From an uncultured Hormoscilla sp. (GTDB taxonomy: Bacteria > Cyanobacteriota > Cyanobacteriia > Cyanobacteriales > Desertifilaceae), in NCBI GenBank assembly GCA_963921275.4, contig OZ001293.3:2240001-2304000 (forward strand): DNA of 64,000 nt, given 5' to 3'. A program made the translations under genes and the position numbers. The notes beneath the pieces were generated by a model, which saw only the letters and a list, made by a program, of their open reading frames with translations, was not told the DNA's origin and did no database searches. Shown one piece after another: positions 33,667 through 45,097 of the stretch; within the stretch, counting starts at the first letter, position 1, and each line of letters starts with the position of its first letter.

Positions 33667-35758
33667 GATCGCGATCGCCTGGCATGGCCATTGCGGTAAT
33701 AGCCACTACAGGCACCTGTTGCCAGACAGAGTGAGCTTTCAGTTGACGGATAAGCTCCAATCCATCCACCTCTGGCAGCTGGATATCCATTAAAATTAAG
33801 TCAGGCAAAGTTGGCGGCGTCACTAGGGGAGAGGAGATGGCCGACAGCATCGATCTACCGTCACAGATCAGCTCAACTACGTAACCGGACAACTTCAGCA
33901 TTTCCGAAATCAAAGCTTGATTATAGGGTTGGTCTTCTACCACCAAAACCCGCTGAGCATCGACAAACTCCTGCTTGGGTTGTTTAGTAGCATTTTGACC
34001 TTCTGTTGCCTAGGACTGAGACTTTAATGAGTGCCGCGTTTCTGTCAAAGGCAACCAGACACGAAAAATACTGCCAACTCCTTCAGTAGACTGGAAAGAG
34101 ACAGTCCTCCCATGCAGTTCCGCCAGTCGTTTTGTGAGTGCCAACCCCAGTCCCGTGCCGTTATGACGCCTAGTTAAAGAAGAATCAACCTGTTGGAAAG
34201 GATGAAACAGCAAATGCCACTTAGACTCAGGAATGCCAATGCCAGAATCTTCTACCTCCAAACACAGGTAAGGAGTGCTAGCATTGATCACAGAGCGATC
34301 GGGGCGATAGTCACTCACAATCTGACTACCATAAGCGAGACGTACAACTAGCTTCACAGATCCAGCGGACGGCGTAAACTTGACCGCATTAGAGAGCAAA
34401 TTAATCAAAATCTGGCGGGTACGGCGCTCATCCACCTTGTCTAGAGGATAGTCCACTTCTACAGAAAGGGTCAGTCGCTTTTTATCCGCCCGGGGCTGAA
34501 TCATTGCTAGACAATTATGACAGAGAGCATGAACTGAAACCATATGCAAGTCCAGTTGAGTCTTACCCGCTTCAATCTTCGATAAATCCAGAATATCGTT
34601 AATTAGATCCAAAAGGTGCTTACCGCTATTATAGATTGCCGTTGCATAATTCATCTGGCTTTCTGTCAAATTTGCACCTTGTCGCAGCAGCAAATCAGAA
34701 AAGCCCAGAATACTATTGAGGGGAGTCCGCAGTTCGTGGGACATGGACGCCAGAAACTCCGACTTCAACTGAGAAGCACGCTCTAAATATTCATTTATTC
34801 GACGCGGATTATTTCGAGCTTGAGCGTGTTCAATTGCCACACTCTGGGTACGATAAGCTGCTAATAGCATATTTTGGTGCGGTGCTTTCTGAAGTTTATG
34901 TAGCGATCGCGACTCCAGGGTCAAGACACCAATAATTTTACCATCCGTAGCAGGGATAGGAAATATGCCCAGCTGACCAATACCCGGATGGCGAAATGCT
35001 GCTACGGCTTGCGGGTGCTTGTAATAATCCTCAACAAATAGGGTTTGCCAGTTTCCACCACTGACCACAGTAGCCCTTCCCCGTAGGAGATCCCCTGATT
35101 CAGCATCTCGGACATAGAAGCGATCGCAGGGGGGCCGTAGGTAGCAACAAACTGACTGGAAAATTGATTACATAGAGCTGCTGCTTGCCGTTTTTTTTCC
35201 TCACCATTGATTACTTTTACATCTCCGAACGCAGCATTCATCGCCGACATCAGGTAGTTGAGAGCAAATTGAGTAATTTCCTGTAGGTCTTCGGAATTTT
35301 GCATTCGTTCATTTAGCCCTAATAAAAATCTCAGCCGCTTCACTTCTGCGTTTAAGTTAGCTTGCATCCAGGCACCATCCAACAGAGCTTGCCTATCTCT
35401 GGTAACATCACGAAAAGTAAATAGACGCCCTCCATTGGATGTCACAGTAGTAGACACTTCCAAGTAAACCCCATTAGCTTGCTCCACATCCAAGACCAGG
35501 CTCTCTAAGATAGCTGTTTCCATGATTTCCCCTAACTGCTTATACTGCGCTCTCGACCAGTATCCCCTGTTCTACCACAGGGGCAAACACTTCCGTAAAA
35601 TGAGGTTTTTCTCTCAGCTCTGAAATCGAAATTCCCCACATCTGTGCTAATTTATGATTGAAAAACACCAAGTGCTGCGACTTATCAAATAGGGCGATCG
35701 CATTATCCACTTGAGACAGGATCAACTCCTGTTCTTCCCTTAACTGTTGTATATCCAT
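33667..35758 (-). pseudogene. PAS/GAF hybrid histidine kinase, frameshifted; receiver domain split by the IS
   Basis: MSHELRTPL, NLLSNAVKF, GTGLGL, MDIQLP motifs. The tail YLSKPL lies at 32799-32900. Confidence 0.87.
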
Positions 35759-36302
35759 CTTTTTGCTAATTGTTCATTGCTAATTGTTCATTGCTAATTG
35801 TTCATTGCCCAATCACCATTGACCATTACCCAAGAGTCATCACATCGGATGGACTACTCTAACTCCGGGCACTATTGCGATTGGATATGTGGCATTATAT
35901 CATTCAGCGGTGTCTCCCCTGCGAGTTCGGTGTCTCCCCTCGTTCCCACGGCTCTGCCTGGGAACGTGTTTAAGGCGCTCCCGGGAGACACGGAAAGGCC
36001 CCGGCTAGCAATCCCCGCCCTGTATGGGATGAAGAGCGCTCCGGCGTTGTCGGGGAGATTGCTTCTCTTGTCTGATCGCGGCGATCCCTATAATGTCGGT
36101 TTGGGCCCCCCCTCGCGCAGGACAGGTTATTAACCGAGAAGTATTGGGTGGGACTGCCTGAGTAAGCTAAGCGTAAAAATTAAAAATTAAAAATTAAAAA
36201 TTGACCACTGACTACTGTCCTCTGAGTACTGACCACTCACCAAAATCCTGATAAAGTTTCAGTGTAAGCTGTTGCTTTCAAAAATACCGCTGTCCACCAA
36301 CC

Positions 36303-38474
36303 ATGCCTAAGACCAAGACAAAAACTCAAACCAAAGACAAAATAAATCTGGACGATGCGCAATATTACTTCAACCGAGAACTCAGCTGGCTAGAGTTTAA
36401 CAACCGAGTATTGCACGAAGCCCTGGATGAGCGGACACCACTGCTAGAGCGTCTCAAGTTTCTGGCCATATTCAGCAACAACCTAGATGAATTCTTTATG
36501 GTGCGCGTGGCCGGTTTGAAGAAACAGGTAGAAGCAAAAGTGAATAAGCTGACCCCCGATGGACGCACGCCCACTGAACAGCTAAACCAGATTAACCAGC
36601 GGCTGCACCCGCTAGTTAGGCAACAGCACCAGCACTTCCAGCAAATTCTCAGACCCCTGTTAGCGGCAGAAGGAATCCATCTTCTGGACTATATAGACCT
36701 CAACCAAGAGCAACGAATTTATCTGCAAAACTATTTTGAGCAGCAAATCTTTCCCGTGCTCACTCCTCTAGCCGTTGACCCCAGCCATCCCTTTCCCTAC
36801 ATTTCTAACCGCAGTCTGAATCTGGCCGTAGTAGTGGTTGACCCGGAAACTGGTGCAGAACATTTCGCCCGGATCAAAGTCCCCAAAGTCTTACCCCGAT
36901 TTGTGCCCCTATCAGAAGAGTTACAGTTCGAGTCCGAAAACAGCCCCGCTTTCTGGACTGGCGTTGCCTTGGAACAGGTGATTGCCCATAATCTGGAACC
37001 TTTATTTCCAGGGATGAAAATTCAGAAGTATTATCCTTTTCGGATTACTAGAGATGCTGACCTGTCCGTACAAGAAGATGAAGCCGACGATCTGCTGCTG
37101 GCCATTGAGCAGGAATTACGCAAACGCCGCATTGGTGGGGACGTCGTCCGGATGGAAATGCAAGTTAATTCATCGGATCTGGTGCGTGAAGTGCTGATGC
37201 GGGAGATGCGCTTGGCAGAGATTGATGTCTACGAAGTTGAAGGCTTGCTGGGGTTAGGGGATTTAATCAGCTTTATGGCACTGCCTCTGCCAGAATTGAA
37301 GGACTTCGTGTGGACTCCCGTTGTGCCTGCTCGCTTGCAACGCCTTCCTAACCCGGAGACAGGGTCTTTCCCCATAGAGACGGAAGGCGCCGAAGAATTT
37401 TTCGCCACCATCCGCAAGCAGGATTTGCTGGTTCACCTTCCCTATCATTCTTTTGCCGCTACTATCGAGCGTTTGATCACTCAGGCGGCTCACGACCCTC
37501 AGGTACTGGCAATCAAAATGACCCTCTACCGCACCTCTGGGGATTCACCTATTATTAATGCCTTGATTGCCGCAGCCGAAAATGATAAGCAGGTGGCTGT
37601 TTTGGTGGAACTCAAGGCCCGCTTTGATGAAGAAAACAATATTAACTGGGCCCGGAAGTTAGAAAACTCAGGGGTGCATGTCGTCTATGGTCTGGTGGGC
37701 TTGAAGACTCACACCAAAATTGCCATGGTGGTGCGCCGGGAGTCAGATGGCATTCGTCGCTACGTTCACGTTGGCACGGGTAACTACAATCCCAAAACGG
37801 CAAAGCTTTATACGGATTTAGGCTTGTTGACCTGTCGTCCAGAGTTGGGAGCGGATTTAACCGATTTGTTTAACTATTTAACCGGTTACTCGCGGCGGCG
37901 GTCTTACCGCAAGCTATTGGTTGCCCCAGTCAGCTTGCGATCGCGCATGCTAGAGCTAATTCGCCGCGAGATCGAACATTGCCGCAACGGTTCTCATGCT
38001 CGCATTGTCGCCAAAATGAACTCCCTAGTAGACCAAGAAATGATTGCCGCCCTCTACGAAGCCTCCCAAGCTGGCGTCCAAATCGACTTAATCCTGCGGG
38101 GAATTTGCTGTTTGCAACCTGGGGTGGAAGGCGTTAGCGAAAATATCAGCGTCGTCAGCATTGTCGGTCACTTTTTAGAACACTCGCGGATTTTTTACTT
38201 CCATAACCAAGGTCAGGACGAAGTTTATCTTGGTAGTGCTGACTGGATGCCCCGCAATTTAGACCGGCGAGTAGAAGCCGTCACCCTAGTAGAAGATCCA
38301 GATCTTGTCAAAGACCTGCAAGAGATACTCGGGATTATGCTAGCTGATAACCGCCAAGCCTGGGACCTACAGCCAGACGGCACTTACATCCAGCGCCATG
38401 CAGAGGACAATGCCAGGGACCAGAGTTGCCAAGCCATCTTCATGGCGATGGCTAATGCTGAGTCTAGTGCTTAG
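36303..38474 (+). CDS. ppk1: Polyphosphate kinase 1
   Basis: NRELSWL, LDEFFMVRVAG, ELKARFDE, KTHTK, FLEHSR motifs. Confidence 0.97.
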   Translation: MPKTKTKTQTKDKINLDDAQYYFNRELSWLEFNNRVLHEALDERTPLLERLKFLAIFSNNLDEFFMVRVAGLKKQVEAKVNKLTPDGRTPTEQLNQINQRLHPLVRQQHQHFQQILRPLLAAEGIHLLDYIDLNQEQRIYLQNYFEQQIFPVLTPLAVDPSHPFPYISNRSLNLAVVVVDPETGAEHFARIKVPKVLPRFVPLSEELQFESENSPAFWTGVALEQVIAHNLEPLFPGMKIQKYYPFRITRDADLSVQEDEADDLLLAIEQELRKRRIGGDVVRMEMQVNSSDLVREVLMREMRLAEIDVYEVEGLLGLGDLISFMALPLPELKDFVWTPVVPARLQRLPNPETGSFPIETEGAEEFFATIRKQDLLVHLPYHSFAATIERLITQAAHDPQVLAIKMTLYRTSGDSPIINALIAAAENDKQVAVLVELKARFDEENNINWARKLENSGVHVVYGLVGLKTHTKIAMVVRRESDGIRRYVHVGTGNYNPKTAKLYTDLGLLTCRPELGADLTDLFNYLTGYSRRRSYRKLLVAPVSLRSRMLELIRREIEHCRNGSHARIVAKMNSLVDQEMIAALYEASQAGVQIDLILRGICCLQPGVEGVSENISVVSIVGHFLEHSRIFYFHNQGQDEVYLGSADWMPRNLDRRVEAVTLVEDPDLVKDLQEILGIMLADNRQAWDLQPDGTYIQRHAEDNARDQSCQAIFMAMANAESSA

Positions 38475-38650
38475 CTTGCTTCTGAAGGAAACGTACGCTT
38501 AAATTCGTCAATCAGCTCGTCAATTTCCTCCAATGCCTGATTGACATCAATCCTCATCGTTCCCAGGTCTGGTTTCTCTAGTAGCTGCACCAAGGCTTCC
38601 CGTTTGCTGGCGATCGCCCTAATCTTGTCTCTAATACTCTGACGGTCCAT
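38471..38650 (-). CDS. Small conserved hypothetical protein
   Basis: MDRQSIR...LGTMRIDVNQALEEIDELIDEF. Confidence 0.65.
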   Translation of the reverse strand: MDRQSIRDKIRAIASKREALVQLLEKPDLGTMRIDVNQALEEIDELIDEFKRTFPSEAS

Positions 38651-38765
38651 TGACTGCTCCCTTTGCCTACTCACTTCTGTCATCAATTGTCACATGTCTA
38701 TGCCTTACTGGAAAAAAGGATAACTTTTGGCGTTTGGGGACTTGCTCCGGTGTCTCCTGGGAGCG

Positions 38766-38972
38766 CTAAGAATGATAGCTTATGGGTCGAGGGCGTGATA
38801 TGCTATGGCTGCGCCACGCTACGCGACCGGCAAAATCGATAAAGGTCTGACGCCCCTGCCCATCCCGCGTTCCGTGCCCGATCGCCAACAGCGGGCGTTG
38901 CAGCGGTAGTGGCGGTAATTCTATTAGCGGTTTTGGGTTATCCTGAGTTGTGAGTTGTTGCATTAATACCAT
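38766..38972 (-). pseudogene. cbiX: Sirohydrochlorin cobaltochelatase N-terminal remnant
   Basis: [12 protein letters not shown] motif, then repeat insertions and truncation. Confidence 0.75.
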
Positions 38973-39009
38973 TTTCCCGTGCGAGGCAGGAAATTTAGTT
39001 TACAAGTAA

Positions 39010-39130
39010 CAGCTAGGTATTCTGGCTGAGGATTTTTCCTTTACAGTTACCGCATAGCCCCTGACTTACACCGGTGTTTCCCTAGTCTGCCACAATTTGC
39101 GGGTGCTTTGATATCTTAGCCCATTCTGCT
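39010..39130 (-). promoter_or_regulatory. Cobalamin riboswitch-like element
   Basis: Minus strand reads AGGGAAACACCGGTGTAAGTC...AACTGTAA...AGCCAGAATACCT directly upstream of the cbiX remnant. Confidence 0.7.
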
Positions 39131-39221
39131 GCTGCTGACTTTTGACGTTTTTTATGGGAGGCCGATCGCCACCTGCCTCTGACATGATATAATACCATAA
39201 ACTAACATATCCGATCTAATT

Positions 39222-39580
39222 ATGCAACAATCTCCCTCCCGCAAGAACATTCCGCCCAAAGTTAGCAGCCTACTCCGTAATAAGTCGGAAGTAGCGGAAT
39301 ATCTCTGCATGTATTAGATGGCGATCGAAAAGAGACGCCTCAAGCAAGAACTGGACAACCTAGATTTACGCCGCGAACAGATTAACCAGCGCCTCTCCAT
39401 CCTAGATGGGGAGATGAGTGAGATTATCAACAGCACTAATTTCCAACTCGAAAACCCGGAAGCAACTCCACAAACGGGGGCGACCTCTCGCGGAGATCGA
39501 GTTCAGAAAATACGGAGTAAACCGACTCAGAAACCCCAAGATTCTCAGTCAGATCAGTTTCGTTCCTACTAGAATATTAA
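39222..39580 (+). pseudogene. gvpV: Gas vesicle protein GvpV-like
   Basis: PKVSSL..YLCMY*MAIEKRRLKQEL with an internal TAG. Adjacent to gvpG. Confidence 0.65.
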
Positions 39581-39840
39581 ATTTTCCTGTAGTTCGTCGT
39601 CAGTAGTAGGATGGGTTAGGCGCACAATCATCTCTATTCGTAACTATATCTTATGTTTTTTTGCGCCGTAACCCATCGCCAGCGCTTACTGTTCAAACAC
39701 TTCCGAGGGGAGGATGCGTTACCCTTAAATTCTGGTTGGGTTTGCTTCGTCAACCCAACCTACATCTAATCATTATCTGTTTCCCTTGCTTCCATACCCT
39801 TAAATTGTTGTTGGGTTTGCTTCGTCAACCCAACCTACAT

Positions 39841-40086
39841 CTAATCGTTATCTGTTTCGCTATCCTCCATTTCCTGAATTGCCAGCAACAACTCTTCCTC
39901 TTGTTCTTCAAAATCCTCCTCAGATATTTCTCCCATGTCAAAAGCTAACTGGAGTGCTAACAATCGCTTATGTAAATTTTTTTTATCGTCCAATTCCGCA
40001 TTCGCACGTTCCAGGATTTGCTCTCCAATCCACGCAACACCCTCGATCGGGCCCATCAGCGGTAAAGTCAGTAAACGTAAAAGCAT
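39841..40086 (-). CDS. gvpG: Gas vesicle protein G
   Basis: LLALQLAFDMGEISEEDFEEQEEELL motif. Confidence 0.88.
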   Translation of the reverse strand: MLLRLLTLPLMGPIEGVAWIGEQILERANAELDDKKNLHKRLLALQLAFDMGEISEEDFEEQEEELLLAIQEMEDSETDND

Positions 40087-40096
40087 ATTCTTCTAT

Positions 40097-40835
40097 TTAT
40101 TCTAGTTGGGCAAAGTTAAAAGGAGCGGTAAAATTATTATAGCGAATCCGCAAGCGCCCGTCAAATTTATGGTCTAATGCTTCTACTGAGTCTGAGAATT
40201 TCTCCTCACCATCCCAAGGGATTAGATAGGCAGCATTATAAATCATTTTCTCCATTAACGTGTCATTTTCCACCACATCTACTGCCAAGGGATTTAATGT
40301 CCCTTCAAATACCTCAATGATGCCCTCCTGTCGCGAGCGCATTTCTTTTTCCAGGGTTTGCCCGATCGCGATCGTCTCATCTACGCTAATCACCTTTCCG
40401 GACAGACTATCCCGTTTTTCCCTCAATTCCTGATTTTCTGCCAACAGCATTTGTAACTCAGCATCAGGATCCCAGAAAATTTTAATTCCCACCTCTCGGC
40501 GTCCATCTAATTTAGCAAACAGTCGTTGTAACCCTTCACCTTGAGTCCTTGTCAACTGTTGACTCACCGTTTCCCAATCTTCTACGACCAGTCCAAATTG
40601 CAAAGGTAAAAGCGTCCGATAACCCGCCTGCATCGCCAACTCTAACACCTTTTCATGACCCAGCAAATTGCGGCGACTAGCTAAATACTTTTCTTTTAAT
40701 GCTTCTGAGTACAAAAAACAAAGCCATCTACGGACTCAGTCCTTACCGGTTGTTCATCTAAACCTTGTAACTCCAAGTCAACTGGACCCGGAGGTGGAAA
40801 AATTCCGTATAGATAGATGCCATAGCATACCATTT
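40097..40835 (-). pseudogene. gvpF: GvpL/GvpF-family protein with 5' frameshifts
   Basis: YLYGIF, HEKVLE, LPLQFG, TAPFNF motifs. The frame is broken near 40715 and at the start. Confidence 0.8.
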
Positions 40836-40847
40836 TCAATTTGCAAT

Positions 40848-41260
40848 CTAGGAACGGGGAATTCGTTGAGATGTTAAAAGCAATCTTAACCGCAGGTGAA
40901 TCAAATTTATATCTGCCAACCCCACATCGACATCACCATCGACCACTATACCAGTGTCTAGTAGTTGGTCTAGCAATTCTAAAATCGAAGCATTTTCCGA
41001 GGTTTCCCCTGGATAGTAGCCTGATTTAGGCAGCAAACTACCGATTTCTCCCAAATCAACGTTCAATTCTGCGAGGTCGATGTCAAACACCTCACATAAT
41101 TGTAACACTTGTGCTTCCAACTGGCGCAAACTCTCAGCAGCGCGGTCTATTTCTGCCTCACTGAGATTTCCCGCTTCCATGCGGCGTATCACCTGCGCTT
41201 CCATCAACTGACGTACAAGTTCCACTATTGTGAGTAGCAACTGTGCTAAACCGGCATCCC
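40848..41260 (-). pseudogene. gvpK: Gas vesicle protein K, N-terminally truncated
   Basis: AGLAQLLLTIVELVRQLMEAQVIRRME motif. Confidence 0.85.
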
Positions 41261-41512
41261 TGTATGAACAAAACCATCTATTAATGCTAATAATTGAGCT
41301 TCTGGATGGCCGAGATAGTAACCGATGGTCAGATAAACATCTCCTAATGATAGAGTTGAGTATCGCTGAACGATTGACTCGGGAGACGCTCCATCCTGGA
41401 AAGCTTGAATCACTATTTCTAATAAAACTCTTGAGATTCCTACTCTAATCGCCCCGGTTTCGTCTTCCCGTAGGGGGAGTGGGAGGGTTTTCGGTTCTAA
41501 AACTACACTCAT
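41246..41512 (-). CDS. DUF433-family protein (C-terminus fused at a deletion junction)
   Basis: IRVGISRVLL..GASPESIVQRYSTLSLGDVY motif. Confidence 0.75.
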   Translation of the reverse strand: MSVVLEPKTLPLPLREDETGAIRVGISRVLLEIVIQAFQDGASPESIVQRYSTLSLGDVYLTIGYYLGHPEAQLLALIDGFVHTGMPV

Positions 41513-41643
41513 AATTTACCTCTTAATTTTTTTACCATTTTTACAAGCTGGTCTTATAACAATATTACCCTGATTTCATCGCCTTTTCCACCTTCTCAAC
41601 TGTGCGATCGCTAGTGCTGTCACCGGTGGTGCGCTCGTCGATT

Positions 41644-41923
41644 CAGTATTTATAGTCGCTTTCAAGCAGTTCTAGACCGACAGCCTCAAACAAATTTTCC
41701 AGTTTACTGCGGTAAATCGGTTTCTTGCATTTCAATATTTTCGAGACTGTATCTTTCGAGACTGTATTGGGAGCTAAAGGGTCTGCACCGGTTCCTCCTG
41801 TGAGTGCTGATATATTTTCATAGGTGCGCTTCTTTCCTTCCTGCTTTAGCTTTTGGTTGATTGCCTTATTCAGTGTCCTGACTCAGTGAGTATAAGACGG
41901 CGTGGGGTGGGGAGCTTGTTCAT
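41644..41923 (-). pseudogene. Small HTH-like domain remnant
   Basis: TYENISALTG..TVSK[15-bp duplication]ILKC...LFEAVGLEL..SDY, frameshifted start. Confidence 0.4.
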
Positions 41924-42029
41924 CGATTGACGCGAGGTGAGCGAACTTCTGCTTTTCCCATATTATGACCGATTTTCAAGCATTTTTTCCCGATTTTCGG
42001 AAATTCGCCAATTTCGAGGTAAAGATTCT

Positions 42030-43681
42030 CGGGGGGTTTTCCGTGTCCGTTCTTGCCCGTATGATATTTGCCTACCTCATATTGCCTTACATTGAACCCC
42101 AGAAAGTCAAATCCCGGGTTATCACTGTGTAGCGTATGGGTTATCTTTGTCTTTTCCGGCTTGAGTTCTAACCCCATTTCTTTCAGCCATTCTGCTATGA
42201 CCCTCTGCCCTTGCTCGATCATGTCGCGGTCCTTGTGCAGAACTACAAAGTCATCGGCGTATCTAACTACTGTCAGTTCCTGCCTTTTCACCTTGTTATT
42301 TCTTGCTAGGGACTTGACCCTTTCTTCTATTCCATGTAAGGCCACATTTGCCAGCAGAGGCGATATGACTCCACCCTGTGGGGTCCCTTCTATGGTTTCA
42401 AACATCTGTCCTGCATCTATCACACCGGCTTTAACCAGGCGCGTATCTGTCTAGGAAAGGTAGGTGAGGTATTTAATTTTGTGAGCAGCGCTTGGTGGTC
42501 AATCTTATCAAAGCATTTAGCAATGTCTGCATCTAAAACCCATTTGGATTTTTTGTTGATGCTGTTGTATATTGCTTCAATTGCATCATGGCACCCTCTA
42601 CCTGGCCTAAAGCCGTAGGAATTTGCTTCAAAATACGCTTCCCATTCGGGATAAGTGCGCAAGTTTTACTAATCCCTGTAGTGCTCTGTCATACATCACT
42701 GGTATTCCTAATGGACGTTTTTCATCCCTTCCTGGCTTCGGTATCCACACTCGTCGTGCAGGCTGAGTAGAGGTTGAGATTGTTAGTTGTCCTACCAATT
42801 TCAGACGCTGCGCTGGGGTCAGGGATTTTACACCATCCACACCGGCAGTCTTCTTGCCTTGGTTTTTTTGCGTTACCCGTCGTACTGCTAAACACTTGGC
42901 TGACCAGGATTTTACCAGTAACCTCCTTTGCTTGCGAACTGTCCGCTTATCACCACGTTGTGCCGCTCTGTAAATTCTCAGAAGCAGCTTAAAGACCCTT
43001 CGCTCTAGCTTGCGCCAGGGGATTGTCTTCCATTCATATTCATGATGACGATGTTTGCAAAGGACCCTGTTCATAACGTTTGTACTGCTACTTACAAATT
43101 CACAATTGACATTACCATGAGGGCGTCAGCATATCCTATCCATTATAGATAGGCATTTGCTTTTCCACTCAATCCTTCCCAGTCATGACCTGCTATCATG
43201 TAAGCTCTTGTTGCGCCTTTGGTGGCTACTCTATCTATCGACCAAGATACGAGAGTACATAACCGGGTTACTTCGTTCCTACAGATGATTGGTTGTAGCT
43301 AAGGATGGATTCCTTACGCCGGGTTTGTTGTCGGTGCTTATTGGTCGGAACATTATCCGCCAACGACCTATATCCTTTCCCTTTTGGGCCAGTGTGTCAG
43401 CCTTATTACACTGGTTCGCTCTGACGACGTTGCAAATCTTTGTTTTATGCTCATCATGGCTACTTCCTCGACGATAACCGATTTGGGCTACCAGTCAGTG
43501 CGCCTTTCATTCCCGCTTTACGGATTGATGCCATCGCTACCGTCGGGAATGTGCTGTCACTCCTGCACCTGGAGGGATGGACTTTCACCATCATCATCTG
43601 TAAGTTGTCTAGGCTAATGAAACCTAGCTAGTGGTCCCCCATATGACTCGTGTCATGTTTTTTACACGAAAAGAATCGCAC
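42030..43681 (-). mobile_element. ltrA: RT-encoding group II intron E, frameshifted and 3'-truncated
   Basis: GTGCG at 43681. ORF from 43074 with TAGVDG, RPLGIP, YGFRPGR, PQGGVISPLLAN, YADD, FLGF. Predicted EBS1 AATGTT is complementary to the flanking AACATT. Confidence 0.92.
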
Positions 43682-44202
43682 AATGTTGATATCGCCGTGC
43701 CCCGCTCCCACGCGATCGCCCAACAGCAGCAATGGACAGTAACAGTCAGGGCACGGCAAGAGATAGATATTGTCCGATCACATTATATCCCATATTCCGC
43801 ACGACAATTTGTAACATGCTAGTAATATGTAATGTTACGGTACGATTGCAATTGTCAGACATTTTATCATACATAATATGTCTGGCGATTTGGCCAACCA
43901 AACGTATTATTTTTTATACGGATAAGAGTTTTTCGGTTCGCTTTCATCACAAAGCGCTCGTAATCATAACATAATACATTTTATATTGCGTAATGTAGGT
44001 TATATTATTGATGCCAACCCACCACCCCATGCCCTCACCAAAATATCATGGCTGTCTCGAAGGCGATCGCGCCGCGCCCAGATATCCATAGGTTCATTCT
44101 ATTCAATTCCTTCACAAAGAGTCCGATCGCCCGTTTCAACATAGGGGTTATGCTGGAGATAATCGGACAGCCAATAGCAACCATGCATCTGCAGGTTTTC
44201 TA

Positions 44203-45097
44203 GGGCGTGTCATCAGTTAAGCCAAACAACAGTAGCAGCCAGGTAGATAGCACCCAAGAAATTCTGAGCCCTCTTATCGTAACGGGTGGCAATGGCTCGA
44301 TATTGCTTGAGTTTGGCAAAAAAATTCTCAATCAAATGACGTGCTTTGTATAGATATTTGTCATAACGGCGTTGTTCTTTTCGATTGGATTTAGGCGGAA
44401 TCACAGGTTCGCATTGCTGGGCTTCAAGACGTTTCAAAACCCGTTCGTCAGCATCAGAAGCTTTGTCTGCGAGTAACGCATCAGCCTTAATATTATCAAG
44501 TAACACATCAGCCCCTTCCAAATCGTGAGCTTGACCGGCTGTTAAATGAAAACCCGTTGGGTTCCCCAATGCGTCACAGGTCGCGTGAATTTTGGTACTC
44601 AAACCCCCTTTACGGCGTCCGATGGCTTGGTCGCAATCTTTTTTTTGAGCACCTGCACTATGTTGATGAGCCCTTTATATCGTGGCATCAATCATCGCAT
44701 ATTCGTTATCGGCATCGGACGCAAGTACCTTGAATACTCTTTCCCATACCCCGGATTTTGACCACCTACTATGGCGCGTATGAATTACCCTCAAGTCCCC
44801 AAATCGCTCGGGTAAGTCCCGCCAAGGTATCCCAGCTCTATATCGATACAAGACAGCATAGACAAATAAGCGGTTATCCTTAGCTGTCCCCCCCACATAA
44901 CCCTCCCGACCTGGCAATAGGTCCCTGATTCTCTCCCACTGGTCATCTCTTAAAGCATAGCGACGCATTTCTCAAATTCTCCTGCTCTAACCTTTACCCT
45001 CTTAGATCACACCAATATATCCTGGTTGTCAACTCAATCATCTTGTTATATATTTTTGGTGGGGACCCATATCGTTAATCTAACTGATGACACGCCC
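44203..45097 (-). mobile_element. IS5-family element (two-ORF transposase)
   Basis: TIRs GGGCGTGTCATCAGTTA within CTAG sites, GIPWRDLPERFG, TKIHA, AIATRYDK motifs, and an A-run at the ORF overlap. Confidence 0.93.

Noticed and set aside
35760..36230. Short tandem repeats (also about 9890-9945 and 32620-32670) as a novel signal
   Set aside because: These are ordinary heptamer-based repeats of filamentous cyanobacteria.
41920..43074. Retron or defence-associated RT
   Set aside because: It has group II IEP motifs and lies downstream of a GTGCG intron 5' end with a matching EBS1/IBS1.
43682..44202. AT-rich tract as an origin or ncRNA
   Set aside because: No recognisable boxes, iterons or conserved structure were seen by eye.
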